Shown piece after piece: positions 38,429 to 48,945 of a DNA stretch of 64,000 bases. Under the pieces are notes generated by a model. That model ran no database searches, was not told the DNA's origin, and saw nothing but the letters and a program-made list of their open reading frames with translations. Within the stretch, counting starts at the first letter, position 1. Each line of letters opens with the position of its first letter. The translations under genes and the position numbers were made by a program. Source of the stretch: a virus; the IMG/VR virus record IMGVR_UViG_3300031885_000005, positions 1 through 64,000 of that record. One strand, 5' to 3'.

Positions 38429-39594
38429 TTTGGTATAACTCCCACTAAAATATTGTTATTAAATTTCATTTCTTTTATGAAATCATTAACTTTTTTTATT
38501 GCGTGATTCAAATTTTTCTTATAATTAACAATAAAATCTTCATAATCGGTTCCATTAATCAATGAATTTGCTACCATATTAGTTAAATTATCTATTTTAT
38601 CTAAATCCATTTCTTGAATTCCAATGGTTTTATTTAATAGGATTTTTTCATCTTTTTTTGAAATTGGTTTTATTAATTCTTTAATTATTAAATCTCTCGC
38701 TTTATTTATTTTATTCGTATCTAATCCAGCAGAAACCATCCATTGAATAGTTCCATTACTATGATAATTCCAATCAAAATGAACCCGATAAACTAAATTA
38801 TTTTTTTCCCTAAGAGAATCAAATAATCTACCACTCATATCTCCATAAAGAGCATCTAAAAGCATTAAACAGAACATCTGTTCTGTTTTATTTCGGGAAA
38901 GTTTAACGGAATTTCCTACCAAAATGTTTGCCTGAGTCAAATTATCTCTTTTTATTAAAGTCTTATCTTTATAAATTGCCAATTCTGAAGGAATGTATTT
39001 TATATCGTAAGGGTGTCTTATATTAACTTTATCCATTACATCGCCAACTATAATCAATGTCGGGTTGTTGTATTTTTCTTTATAATAATTTATTAAAGTA
39101 TCTCGGTCAATATTATGAAGAGTTTCTTTAGTTCCGACTATGGGCAGATAAAATCCAGATTGTTTGGCATAAAGAGTTTTATTAAATACTTCATAAACAT
39201 AATCTTTGGCATCGTCTTCGTACATTTTTAATTCTTGAATAATTACTTCTCTTTCTTTATCTATTTCTTTATCAGGAAATAAAGGTTTAGTTGCCAAATC
39301 AGTTATGACCTCTATTGCCAAGTCTTTATAAGAATTTCCTACTTTTGCCCAATATGCGGTAAGTTCTAAATCAGTAAAGGCATTTAAATCTCCTCCAACA
39401 TTATCTATGGCTGAACTTATCTGTTTTTGATTTCTTTTTGGATTACCTTTAAAAGACATGTGTTCCACAAAATGAGAAATTCCCTTATATGAATCTATTT
39501 CATTAAAAGAACCAGCATTTATTACAACCATAACCAAAGTGGTTTTTCCTGGTTTTTTGATTTGTATAAGATTCATTATAGTATTCCTTTCCAC
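38425..39594 (-). CDS. M16 (pitrilysin-family) zinc peptidase
   Basis: GISHFVEHMSFKG (HxxEH), NAFT, EREVIIQE and RLFDSLREKNNLVY. Confidence 0.92.
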   Translation of the reverse strand: MERNTIMNLIQIKKPGKTTLVMVVINAGSFNEIDSYKGISHFVEHMSFKGNPKRNQKQISSAIDNVGGDLNAFTDLELTAYWAKVGNSYKDLAIEVITDLATKPLFPDKEIDKEREVIIQELKMYEDDAKDYVYEVFNKTLYAKQSGFYLPIVGTKETLHNIDRDTLINYYKEKYNNPTLIIVGDVMDKVNIRHPYDIKYIPSELAIYKDKTLIKRDNLTQANILVGNSVKLSRNKTEQMFCLMLLDALYGDMSGRLFDSLREKNNLVYRVHFDWNYHSNGTIQWMVSAGLDTNKINKARDLIIKELIKPISKKDEKILLNKTIGIQEMDLDKIDNLTNMVANSLINGTDYEDFIVNYKKNLNHAIKKVNDFIKEMKFNNNILVGVIPK

Positions 39595-40178
39595 AATAAC
39601 ATAAATAAATAAGGTAAATATATAATATTTATTGTCATTAAAATTACAAATCCTATTTTACATATTTTATTCATTATTTCATAACCTTTTTCTTTTCCGT
39701 AAATTTTTTCTAACCAGACTAAAATAGGATAACTTCCGTCAAGACAGGGCAGGGGCAACAAATTCGTTATTCCTAAAGATAAGGCAATCGCCCCAAAATA
39801 AAATATATCGAAATTCATCAATTTTAAACCAATAATATAAAATATGATTCCAAATATAATATTTGCCGAACAACCTGCAATTGCAGTTAATAGTTTTTTA
39901 TAATAACGAAGATTGGAAAAGGCTTCTTTATCCGAACTTGTAATTAATTCATCACGAAGTTTGCAATAACCGCCCAATAAAATAGGAGCAATTTGATAAA
40001 TAGTACCTTTATATTCTTTTCTATAAAAAGGTTTTCCGAATCCAATGGAGAATATATCGACTCCACATTTTAATTTTTTGGCGACTAATAAATGTCCTAA
40101 TTCATGGACAAAAATATTTATTATGATACAAATTAAAAATCTCAAAAAATGTTGTAAAAAGAATATATAATTATTCAT
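39576..40178 (-). CDS. M50 site-2 intramembrane protease (RseP/Eep-like, no PDZ domain)
   Basis: HELGH, FSIGFG, LGGYC, AG..AN and NLLPLPCLDG. Confidence 0.92.
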   Translation of the reverse strand: MNNYIFFLQHFLRFLICIIINIFVHELGHLLVAKKLKCGVDIFSIGFGKPFYRKEYKGTIYQIAPILLGGYCKLRDELITSSDKEAFSNLRYYKKLLTAIAGCSANIIFGIIFYIIGLKLMNFDIFYFGAIALSLGITNLLPLPCLDGSYPILVWLEKIYGKEKGYEIMNKICKIGFVILMTINIIYLPYLFMLLWKGIL

Positions 40179-40814
40179 TTATTTTGATTTATGTTTTCTT
40201 TCAAAAAGAGTGATTCCTGCCAAGTGGTCGTACTCATGCTGAATCACTAAAGATTCTAAGTCTTGCGCCAATAAAGTATGCTCTTTGAAATTTTCATCTA
40301 CATAATAAAGTGTAATATAGACATATCTTTCTGTATCGACTCTAATTCCAGGCAGACTAAGACATCCCTCGTTTTTATTAATTATTTTAGTTTCTTTTTC
40401 TACTATTTTTGGATTGATTAGAAGAAGTTCTTTTATCTCTATTTTTTTATTTTTTTGGTCAAAATAAGGAACTCTAATATAACAAACAGATTTATTATAT
40501 CCTATTTGATTGGCGGACAACCCCAGGGCTTTTGAACTAAATTTATTTAAAGTTTCTTTTAATTCAATAATAATTTGTTTAACATCTTCTCCTTTTTCTA
40601 CAGGAAGGCAAGGTTTCCTTAATTCATTTATGTTAGTAACGATAGGAAGTTTAGGTTTTTCTTCTTTTATTAGAATAGGTTTATAATCTTTCTCTTGCAT
40701 CTTTTTAAGGATTTCTCTTTCTGATTTTGTTAAGTAACCATTTTCTTGTCTAACTTTTTGTTCAGCAAGATAAATATCAAATTCAGTTTGGTCTTTAAAT
40801 TGATTTTTTAACAT
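40179..40814 (-). CDS. def: Peptide deformylase
   Basis: GLSANQIG, EGCLS and QHEYDHLAG. Confidence 0.95.
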   Translation of the reverse strand: MLKNQFKDQTEFDIYLAEQKVRQENGYLTKSEREILKKMQEKDYKPILIKEEKPKLPIVTNINELRKPCLPVEKGEDVKQIIIELKETLNKFSSKALGLSANQIGYNKSVCYIRVPYFDQKNKKIEIKELLLINPKIVEKETKIINKNEGCLSLPGIRVDTERYVYITLYYVDENFKEHTLLAQDLESLVIQHEYDHLAGITLFERKHKSK

Positions 40815-41034
40815 GTTTTCTTTCCTCCATCAATTGTTTAATGAAATTTTTAATATCATTTACACATTCATTACTAAATATCGTTTCTGATTCGGGGAAA
40901 AAACAATATTGCCTCCATGCTCCATACCATTTAATATATCCAATAATTAATTGCGATTTGCAATTTCTTACAGCATAAATTCGGGTTTTTTCAGTTTGTT
41001 GTACTAAATTAAATTCTATATATTCTTTTTTCAT
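40795..41034 (-). CDS. Hypothetical phage protein
   Basis: GYIKWYGAWRQYCFFP motif. Confidence 0.6.
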   Translation of the reverse strand: MKKEYIEFNLVQQTEKTRIYAVRNCKSQLIIGYIKWYGAWRQYCFFPESETIFSNECVNDIKNFIKQLMEERKHVKKSI

Positions 41035-41861
41035 TCTTTAGGAAATAATTTATATGCTTTTATTAATAATTTTTTAATTTGAAATCCTTGACAATCTTCT
41101 ATACAATCTTTACATTCGCTGCATCCTTGGTCGATAAAATATTTGCATTTTTCTAAATGTTCTTTTGCTATATCTAACCAATCTTTCATTTTATATCTCC
41201 TCTATTTTTGAGTTAAATTCTCTTTGAAATAATAAAGCATCTTCTTTGGTTTTAAATTTAGCTATTTCGGAATCGTTTGCAAATAAGAAATAATTATGCC
41301 CATCGTTTGAATCTAATCCTTTCCATTGAACTTTTCTAATCCAGAAATTTATCATTTTCATCTCCTTCTTTTGGTTCAGGAATTTTATCGGCTATACATT
41401 TCTTATAATTTAAAGTACATTTTTCTTCTTTATCATTCCAATAAATACATTCAAAACAAAACATTTTATTCTTCCTCCTCATTACATCTACCTTCCTTTG
41501 TGCATATATAACGATAAGTTCTTGTATCACCATCGTCGTCTTCTACATAATCAAGATAAGAACAATATTTACATTTCTTTGGTATCATTATTTGCTCCTT
41601 GCTCTTTTTAATAATTCTAAAATTACATCAGATTGCGTTATTCTTTTTGTTCTTTCGAGATACATCAATTCATCATAGTTTAATTTACTTAAAATTTTAT
41701 CAATCATTTTATTCTCCTATTCTAAATTATTTAATCTTTCTATTTCTTTATTTAATTGTTCAATTTCTTCTAATGCTACACATAAAGGGCATTGATTTTC
41801 TTCATAACAAATTTCATCATGTGAAATATTTAATCTCCTGGTTCCTGAACAAATTTCCATT

Positions 41862-42335
41862 TTATTTTCCTCCTAAAATTAATAAAATAGTTCCAATAAT
41901 CATCCCCCAAGCATAACTAACAGGAATAAAATTTAGAAACCATCTTCGATGCCAGTAAATACGACCTTTTTTAAAATTCCGTAATCCATAATATTTTGAC
42001 TCGGCAAACCACATAAAATCTTCTATTATCCAATACCAAAAAAATAATCCCATTGTAGTTAATTCTTTTTTGATTGTCCAACTTATAAATAAAAAAGGAC
42101 TATGAAATAATAATAAAAACATAAGGCACATATAAAAGTGATAGCCCGTAAGTGGTTTATTTATTAATAAATTGATTATGCGATTATTTATAGTCCAACA
42201 AGGAAATCGTAATCCCCAACCCATTTTTCCTTCAGACATTAATTCCATCTTCGCATGAATTGCTGCTAATAAAATAAGATAAAAGATTATTATAATCATT
42301 TTTCTAAATATTCTACTATAATATCTCCATGACAA
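41862..42335 (-). CDS. Multi-TM membrane protein
   Basis: About four hydrophobic helices; TGYH and IEDFMWF motifs. Confidence 0.6.
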   Translation of the reverse strand: MSWRYYSRIFRKMIIIIFYLILLAAIHAKMELMSEGKMGWGLRFPCWTINNRIINLLINKPLTGYHFYMCLMFLLLFHSPFLFISWTIKKELTTMGLFFWYWIIEDFMWFAESKYYGLRNFKKGRIYWHRRWFLNFIPVSYAWGMIIGTILLILGGK

Positions 42336-42583
42336 TCTTGAGGTTTACACCAGCAACCCAATATTTTTCCTTTTAAATTCCATATTCTTCTCCAGAAATT
42401 ATTATCTTCTCTTAGTCTACCATGAAAATAGATTCTATATTTCTCTATAACTTCTTCTCTCGTTCCATCTACACCTATACTGAATGGATTGCCAAAAATA
42501 GAAGGTCTTCCTATATAAACATCAGATTTTTCTTTTTTGCAATGAACTACTTTAGTTTTCATTTTAAAATAACCAACTCCCAT
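42296..42583 (-). CDS. DUF4326-family protein
   Basis: VYIGRPSIFGNPF...LGCWCKPQDCHGD. Confidence 0.85.
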   Translation of the reverse strand: MGVGYFKMKTKVVHCKKEKSDVYIGRPSIFGNPFSIGVDGTREEVIEKYRIYFHGRLREDNNFWRRIWNLKGKILGCWCKPQDCHGDIIVEYLEK

Positions 42584-43297
42584 GTATCATATTATAAAGA
42601 TTAGTTACTAATTGATGAATTTCTTTTATTTCAATACTAAATTTCAAAGACAAATTATAAATTTTATATGCTGCACCCATCATGCAAAAAGTTAAGATAA
42701 CCATACTAATTCGCTGGATAATGCCTATAATATAGTAAATACGTTGGAGTTTTTCGTTCATTTTTTACTTTCGTCTATTGTAGGAGAAGATTTTCCTCCA
42801 AACAATCTTAATTGATATTTATATCCTTTAATTCTTATTGGTATAAATTTATGTGATTTTTCTTTAAATTCATCTATGGGTCTGGTAAGATGTTCCAAAC
42901 CGCAATCGCAACAAGTCCACCTTTCATTATTAGAACAATAAAAAGTTCTATCTATTCTTTGCTGTCTGATAGATTTATCTGTTAAAATTTCTCTTAATCT
43001 TCCGAATATTATAATGATTTGAGTTAATATGTTATAAATTAAAAGTCTCATTTTTTCCTTTTATTTGTATCTTTTAATTTTTTATGAAATAAAATTGAAG
43101 ATAATCCCATTAATAAACTATATAATTCTTCAATCATAACATCGTTAGCGTTTCGATTATTCTTTTTGATAATGCAAAATCTATAACAATCTGGTTTATA
43201 ATATCTTTTTTTGATTAACCCAAAACAAAATTGAACATTATTTTTGAATTTTACTTTTTCAATATTTTCGCAGTTTTTGCAATCAAAATGTCTTTTC

Positions 43298-44782
43298 TTA
43301 TTTAATCTCGCTTTTACCATCTTTTCTCTCCACGTTAATATAATTTATTTCTTCTAATTGAGGGCAATCTTGATAAATTATAAAAAATTGCATGGGTAGA
43401 TTTCTGCAAACTTCTATAAAATTTCTAAAATTAATTTCGTCCATACTTCCCATTCCGTCATCAGCTATTATTATTCGGTCAGATTCTCCTTTTTGCAATA
43501 AGATACCTAATTTAAATATTGCAGAAAGAAAACAAATCTGTCCAGATGAAAGTAAATCATAAGTCAATTCTTCTTTTCCATCCTTTATTTTTATAAACTC
43601 TTTTTCGTCAGTCAATTCTATAGATAAATTTACAGGTTTCAATAAATCATTAATAATCAATGTCAAATTAGTAAGCCATTCTTGAATAAAATAACCACTA
43701 AAAGAATCTAAAGTTTTGATTGAATCGGCATAAAGTTGAACATCAGATTTATTGTATTTATATTCAGAAAATTTTTGTGCCTCTTTTAATTTCATTAAAC
43801 ATTGTTGTATGCTTTTTATATGATTTTGTCCTTCCGCATACAAATCGTTGTAGTATTTCAAGTAATTTTCTTCTTCTTTAGTTTTGGATTTTGATTGTTC
43901 TATTTGATGGTTCAGTTGTTCTATTTCTTGATACATTTCAGAATTTATTTGATTATCTTTTTCGTTTAAAGATTTGCTTATTTTTTCACATTTAGTTCTG
44001 AGAATAGGGCAAATACCTTCTTTGGCTTTTTTAATTTCATTTTGTTTATAATAAACCTCTTTTTCCTTGCCTTTAATTTCCCCAACTAAATTATTAATAA
44101 TTGATTCTTGTTCTCTTTTATCTTTTAAAATAGTTGATTCCTCTTCCTGTAATCTTTTTAGTCCATTCTCTAAAATAGTCCATCGTTTAGTGGACAAATA
44201 GAAATGATAAAGTCTCTTATCTACATTATAGATTTCTCGGTCATTTTTCTTTTTCAATAACGATTCTCTGATAGGAGCAAATTCAGTATCTATGAATTGC
44301 ATTAATTCTTTTTTAAATGAAATAATTGACCGAGTATCTTCCAAGGAATCCAATAAGTTAATTCCTTTATCATCAATTAAACAATATTTTCTAAAGAATT
44401 GATAATCCCCAAATAATTGATTAAGATGATTTTGTGCAATTGTAGGAGTATTAAATTGCAATTCTTTTCCGTCTTCAATAATTTTAAGGGCAGAGGGAAT
44501 TTTGCGTGAGATAATGTAATTTTTGTTATTATGGCTCAACGCAAGTTCCACTTCTGCCTCTTTAGTTCCGAAATGAATTAATTTATTCAATTTCTTTCCG
44601 CAACCCTCCCCATAAAGAGCAAATAAAATGGCAGTTTTTAAAAGAGTAGATTTTCCACTTCCATTAGAAGAATCCTTTGAATTATCATGGTTGATTCCTC
44701 TAATAAGATTAATTTGGGCAGGATTAATCTCTGCGGATTGAAAGAGTTGAAAATCCTTTAAAATTAATTTAGAAATCTTCAT
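43298..44782 (-). CDS. SbcC/Rad50/gp46-like SMC ATPase
   Basis: SNGSGKS Walker A, coiled coil, CPILRTKC hook, LSSGQ signature and IADD Walker B. Confidence 0.9.
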   Translation of the reverse strand: MKISKLILKDFQLFQSAEINPAQINLIRGINHDNSKDSSNGSGKSTLLKTAILFALYGEGCGKKLNKLIHFGTKEAEVELALSHNNKNYIISRKIPSALKIIEDGKELQFNTPTIAQNHLNQLFGDYQFFRKYCLIDDKGINLLDSLEDTRSIISFKKELMQFIDTEFAPIRESLLKKKNDREIYNVDKRLYHFYLSTKRWTILENGLKRLQEEESTILKDKREQESIINNLVGEIKGKEKEVYYKQNEIKKAKEGICPILRTKCEKISKSLNEKDNQINSEMYQEIEQLNHQIEQSKSKTKEEENYLKYYNDLYAEGQNHIKSIQQCLMKLKEAQKFSEYKYNKSDVQLYADSIKTLDSFSGYFIQEWLTNLTLIINDLLKPVNLSIELTDEKEFIKIKDGKEELTYDLLSSGQICFLSAIFKLGILLQKGESDRIIIADDGMGSMDEINFRNFIEVCRNLPMQFFIIYQDCPQLEEINYINVERKDGKSEIK

Positions 44783-45508
44783 GTAAATGTATTTCCTTTA
44801 ATTCTTTTGGGGTTAATTTAGTAGATTTTGGTTTCTTTTTATTCGGAATGATTTGAGTTTTAGGATTTATTTTCCAGGTTTTTCTTATAGGAATATGCAA
44901 ATCACATGGTTGATTGCATTTAGTGCAAATAGCATAACAAGTTCCTATAGTTGGATTTTTATCTCCAATAAAATCAGGAGCAGGATTAGATAATCTTACT
45001 TTGGCTCTACAACAAGATGATTTATAGTTATTTTTCTTGTTCATTTTCAATCCTCAATTTTAATTTAAGATAATTAGATAAATCTTTTATAAAAAATTCA
45101 TTGTTACTTCCTATTAAATAATAATTCTTAATTAATTTATCTATATGTTTTATATTATTTTTTATTACTTCTAATTCAATAATATCATCAATAATACAAT
45201 CACATCTCTTATCTAATTTATCTATACATTGTTTGTGCGCCATTATTTTATCTCCTCTATTTGTAAAAATATAATACATACATTTAATAAATGCCATTTC
45301 AAACCTATCAAATCAAAATCCTCTTCATTACAAAAGGGGCATCTCATTTCAATTCCTCCAAAAGTATTTGTTTAATTTATTCATTTAATAGTTATTTCTT
45401 TTTTGCAGTATTTACAATAAAATTCTCCATAAAAAAAAGTAAATTTATCATGATTATAAGTCTTGCAATAATACTTATGAAATCCTAATAAACACAATAA
45501 TTTTCTTA

Positions 45509-46516
45509 TCATTTTATTTCTCCTAATAATATTGATTTAATTTTTTCATCTACATTATTTTTTTCCATCCAATCAATTAATGATTCTTTTAATGAAACGT
45601 TTTCATTTTTAGGTATAACTAAATTATTTGACATTATAAAGTCTTTCTTATCTCGCAGTATAGTGAATTTATTTTTGTATTTTTGATAAAGTGGGAGAAA
45701 CTCCAACCATCCATTATAATCTTTAAAGATTATGCGGATTTTGGTCTTTTCTGGTAATTGGTCTAAATAGGAGCAAAGTTGCCCGACATCGGTCATTTTT
45801 ATGGGCAATTGTGCCTGTTTTTGGTTCATTTCAGGCACTTTCTTGGCTTCGACAGGGTCTTTTATAGGTTCGTTTTTAGGGAGTGAATCTGTTTTTTGAT
45901 GTAATTCAATGTCTATCATAGGGATAGGACTTAAAAGAGGCATAAAATGGCAAGTGGGATTGTCAGTATCATAATTTTCTATAAGTAATACTACTTTTAT
46001 TTTATCTTGTGCTTCCGAAAAATCTACCCAACGACTTGAACCTAATTGTACACAATTTTTTCCTATTTGTTCAAACGAATGAAAATGCCCTAAAACTACC
46101 CATCTAAATTTTTTGAATTCTTGAGCAAAATGAGTAGCGCCAAATTTATTTATTTTAGATTCTTTCAATCCAAAATGACCGATAAATAATTTATTTTCGT
46201 CATGGTATTCTTTTACTATGGTTATGGCATTGGATAAAATTCCAAAATGATTTAATATAGAATCTTCAGGAGTTTCTGATTCATGTGATTGCGCCGAAAT
46301 TATTATGGATGGAATATTTATTTTTTTTAGGAAAGAAGCGAAAAGGTCTAATTCTTTTGAGGTAGGTTTAACATTATCAAAGTTATCGCCAGTAGAAATA
46401 TAAGTATCGACATTATATTTTTTAATTAATTCTTTTTGTTCATTAAGAACATTAGAACATTCTTCCAAAGACGATAAATCAATATGTAAATCACCAGCAA
46501 TAAGAATGTTTTTCAA
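45509..46516 (-). CDS. SbcD/Mre11/gp47-like nuclease
   Basis: GDLH, GDNFD, SHE, LGHFH and GS...DFSE; likely TTG start; close to the SMC ATPase. Confidence 0.85.
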   Translation of the reverse strand: MKNILIAGDLHIDLSSLEECSNVLNEQKELIKKYNVDTYISTGDNFDNVKPTSKELDLFASFLKKINIPSIIISAQSHESETPEDSILNHFGILSNAITIVKEYHDENKLFIGHFGLKESKINKFGATHFAQEFKKFRWVVLGHFHSFEQIGKNCVQLGSSRWVDFSEAQDKIKVVLLIENYDTDNPTCHFMPLLSPIPMIDIELHQKTDSLPKNEPIKDPVEAKKVPEMNQKQAQLPIKMTDVGQLCSYLDQLPEKTKIRIIFKDYNGWLEFLPLYQKYKNKFTILRDKKDFIMSNNLVIPKNENVSLKESLIDWMEKNNVDEKIKSILLGEIK

Positions 46517-46537
46517 CTTTAACTCCTTTTTTAAAAA

Positions 46538-46906
46538 CTAAAGTTTTTTCCTGATTGAATTGGGAGTAATTGAATTCCAAAAATATAATAAAGTATTTGG
46601 TTTTCTAAAATTTTGTAACCCACGATACTTATAAGGATAAAATTTATAAATAGTCCAAAACAAATAACTCATGGTTCCTAAAGCCAATAAACTTGATAAA
46701 ATAATAAATAAATCATCAATTACTATGCCATAACATAATTTTGTTGTATCATTTAAAAGTGCTGCATTGATAAATTTTCTACTATGTCCTCTTGCAGTAC
46801 CTACTTTTTTTATAGATTTAGATTGCCAAATATATTTCCAAGCATCTCCAATAGAAGTCAAAACTAATAATCCACCTAAAATATCTTTAGTCAGTATTAG
46901 ATTCAT
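46538..46906 (-). CDS. PQ-loop/SemiSWEET-like three-TM protein
   Basis: YIWQSKSIKKVGTARGHS (PQ replaced by WQ) followed by YGIVIDDLFII. Confidence 0.6.
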   Translation of the reverse strand: MNLILTKDILGGLLVLTSIGDAWKYIWQSKSIKKVGTARGHSRKFINAALLNDTTKLCYGIVIDDLFIILSSLLALGTMSYLFWTIYKFYPYKYRGLQNFRKPNTLLYFWNSITPNSIRKKL

Positions 46907-47247
46907 CTTTTCCTTTTTTTAATCCAGGGAACCAATCTTCATAAATGCAAGAATCTTCATCTGCCTTATAAAAAATGCAACATATACATTCTTCGTTTTG
47001 GTCTACATACTTTCCACTTTCTTTTTCGCAAAATATCATTCTGATTCTCCTTCTTTAACTATTTTTAAATCTTTATTCCAAATTAATTGGATAGGATAAA
47101 TACAATTTACTTTAAAATCAAATAAAATAGGTAAATTCCATTTGCATTTTACACAATCAAATTTTTCATTTATTCTTATTTTAAATTTTGGGCAATATCT
47201 CATAATCTTTGGGCTGATGCGGTTATTAGCCAACATCAGCAGTATTA

Positions 47248-47478
47248 CTACTTAACGGGTCTTTCCGCTTTTTTCTTTTTAATTTCTACTTTATCTTGTT
47301 CGGTCAAGAGTTGATTCGACCTGATAGTTGAGAGAAATTTTAAAAGAATCTTAACAATAGCACCAATTTTTTCCAAATCGGTATTTAACTTTATCTCTGT
47401 TTTTGTTTCCCTATCTTTATAAATACCTTTAGAAACTACATCATCAACATCAGATAATGCTCCTTCGATTCCTATCAT
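47248..47478 (-). CDS. Hypothetical protein (MIGIEG...)
   Basis: Perfect SD AAGGAGGT before an internal ATG of track ORF 47248..47670. Confidence 0.55.
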   Translation of the reverse strand: MIGIEGALSDVDDVVSKGIYKDRETKTEIKLNTDLEKIGAIVKILLKFLSTIRSNQLLTEQDKVEIKKKKAERPVK

Positions 47479-47510
47479 GCCTTTACCTCCTTTTTTGGAA
47501 TTTTTATTAT

Positions 47511-47603
47511 TTATTTCTTTGTTACTGATAAATAAACGTATGCTGCCAATCCGCCCACTACTATCCCTATTATCACTCCCACTACTACTCCTAAATTGAA
47601 CAT
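47511..47603 (-). CDS. 30-aa glycine-zipper membrane peptide
   Basis: SD AAGGAGGT; MFNLGVVVGVIIGIVVGGLAAYVYLSVTKK. Confidence 0.7.
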   Translation of the reverse strand: MFNLGVVVGVIIGIVVGGLAAYVYLSVTKK

Positions 47604-47666
47604 TTGCTACCTCCTTTTTTAGGTTAAGTTCGGTTGCCTTTTTTTCTAAATCTTTCTGCCAATCGC

Positions 47667-48221
47667 TCATTGTATAAGTCCGTTTATAGCGTAAACGAAA
47701 GCGTCAGCTTCGTCATCATTATCTATTTTTTTACCGATTATATTACTAACAAATTCCATGACTTTTTCTTTTCTTTCTTTTCTGGGCATTTTTGGTGAAA
47801 TAGTTAATCTGATATTTTTTCTTGATGTAGTAGGAGGAATAAAATAAATCTCTTCAAAATGCTGATAAATATTTGCAAAAATAATCCCTGCAAATGCACT
47901 TAAAATTAATGCAGTATGAGCATTTTTTCCAATATAACATTTCTCAATAACCAAAATTTTATAAGGATTCTTATATGTTTTTATTTTTTGCTCCAAATCC
48001 TGTGCTAACCACATTAAGGATTCTAATATTGTCGCTACATTTTCTTTAGGATTTTCTACTTCTGGAACTTGAAATCTATAAGTTTCTATTATTGTACTTA
48101 GTTTAGTTTCAATAAAACAAATTCCAGTTACTGTAGCCAAATCAACTCCCAAACACATCACATTCTTGCGAAGTTTTAGACCTAAATTTTTTTCTAATTT
48201 TGATAATTTTAATTTAATCAT
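47667..48221 (-). CDS. RuvC-like Holliday junction resolvase
   Basis: LGVDLA..TG, VIE, PPTTSRK and DDEADA. Confidence 0.8.
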   Translation of the reverse strand: MIKLKLSKLEKNLGLKLRKNVMCLGVDLATVTGICFIETKLSTIIETYRFQVPEVENPKENVATILESLMWLAQDLEQKIKTYKNPYKILVIEKCYIGKNAHTALILSAFAGIIFANIYQHFEEIYFIPPTTSRKNIRLTISPKMPRKERKEKVMEFVSNIIGKKIDNDDEADAFVYAINGLIQ

Positions 48222-48945
48222 TTTTTTGCATTAAATATAGTTTATTTCCTATTTCCATTATAGTATAAAAAATATATTCATTTATAGTATAAGTATCTTT
48301 TTCCCATGAATCCCAAATTTTAACTTCTATAGTATAATTATTTTGTGCCATTTTATAATCCTGCAATTACATCATCACAAAATGTTTTACCACAAGAACA
48401 ATGTGCAGTAACTCCTACTTTTGCATTAGCATTTCCATCGAATTCTATTTCTGTAGAAGAAAATACTCTACCCTTCTTTTTTTTATTAATAATAATTCTA
48501 ATATCCAAAAACGGCAATTCTAAACCATACCATATATCTTCATAAGCATAACTTCTAAACCCCGATTTATAAAATCCAAAATGATTTTGCATTTTTAATT
48601 TTCGTCTAATAAATAATAATTTCATTTTTAATCTCCTTTATTTTTAAGAGAGAGGAAGTTTAATCATTTAATTATATTTTTCTATTGTTTTACCTTCATT
48701 ACTCATCAAATAAACCCTGATTGATGGGTCAACATAAATAACTCGATGTAAAATATTATCTCCATTTGCCAATTCTATTCTTAAAGCATCATGCAGTTTA
48801 GTATTTTCTTTTTCATAAATAGAACAGGCACAAGAGACATTCATAACTTCTTTTGTAAAATCGCAGTTAGAAAATCTAACTTGGTCAAAAGCATCAAATA
48901 CTATATCATGTACTTTACAGTCATAACATTGTATTATTTTCAATA

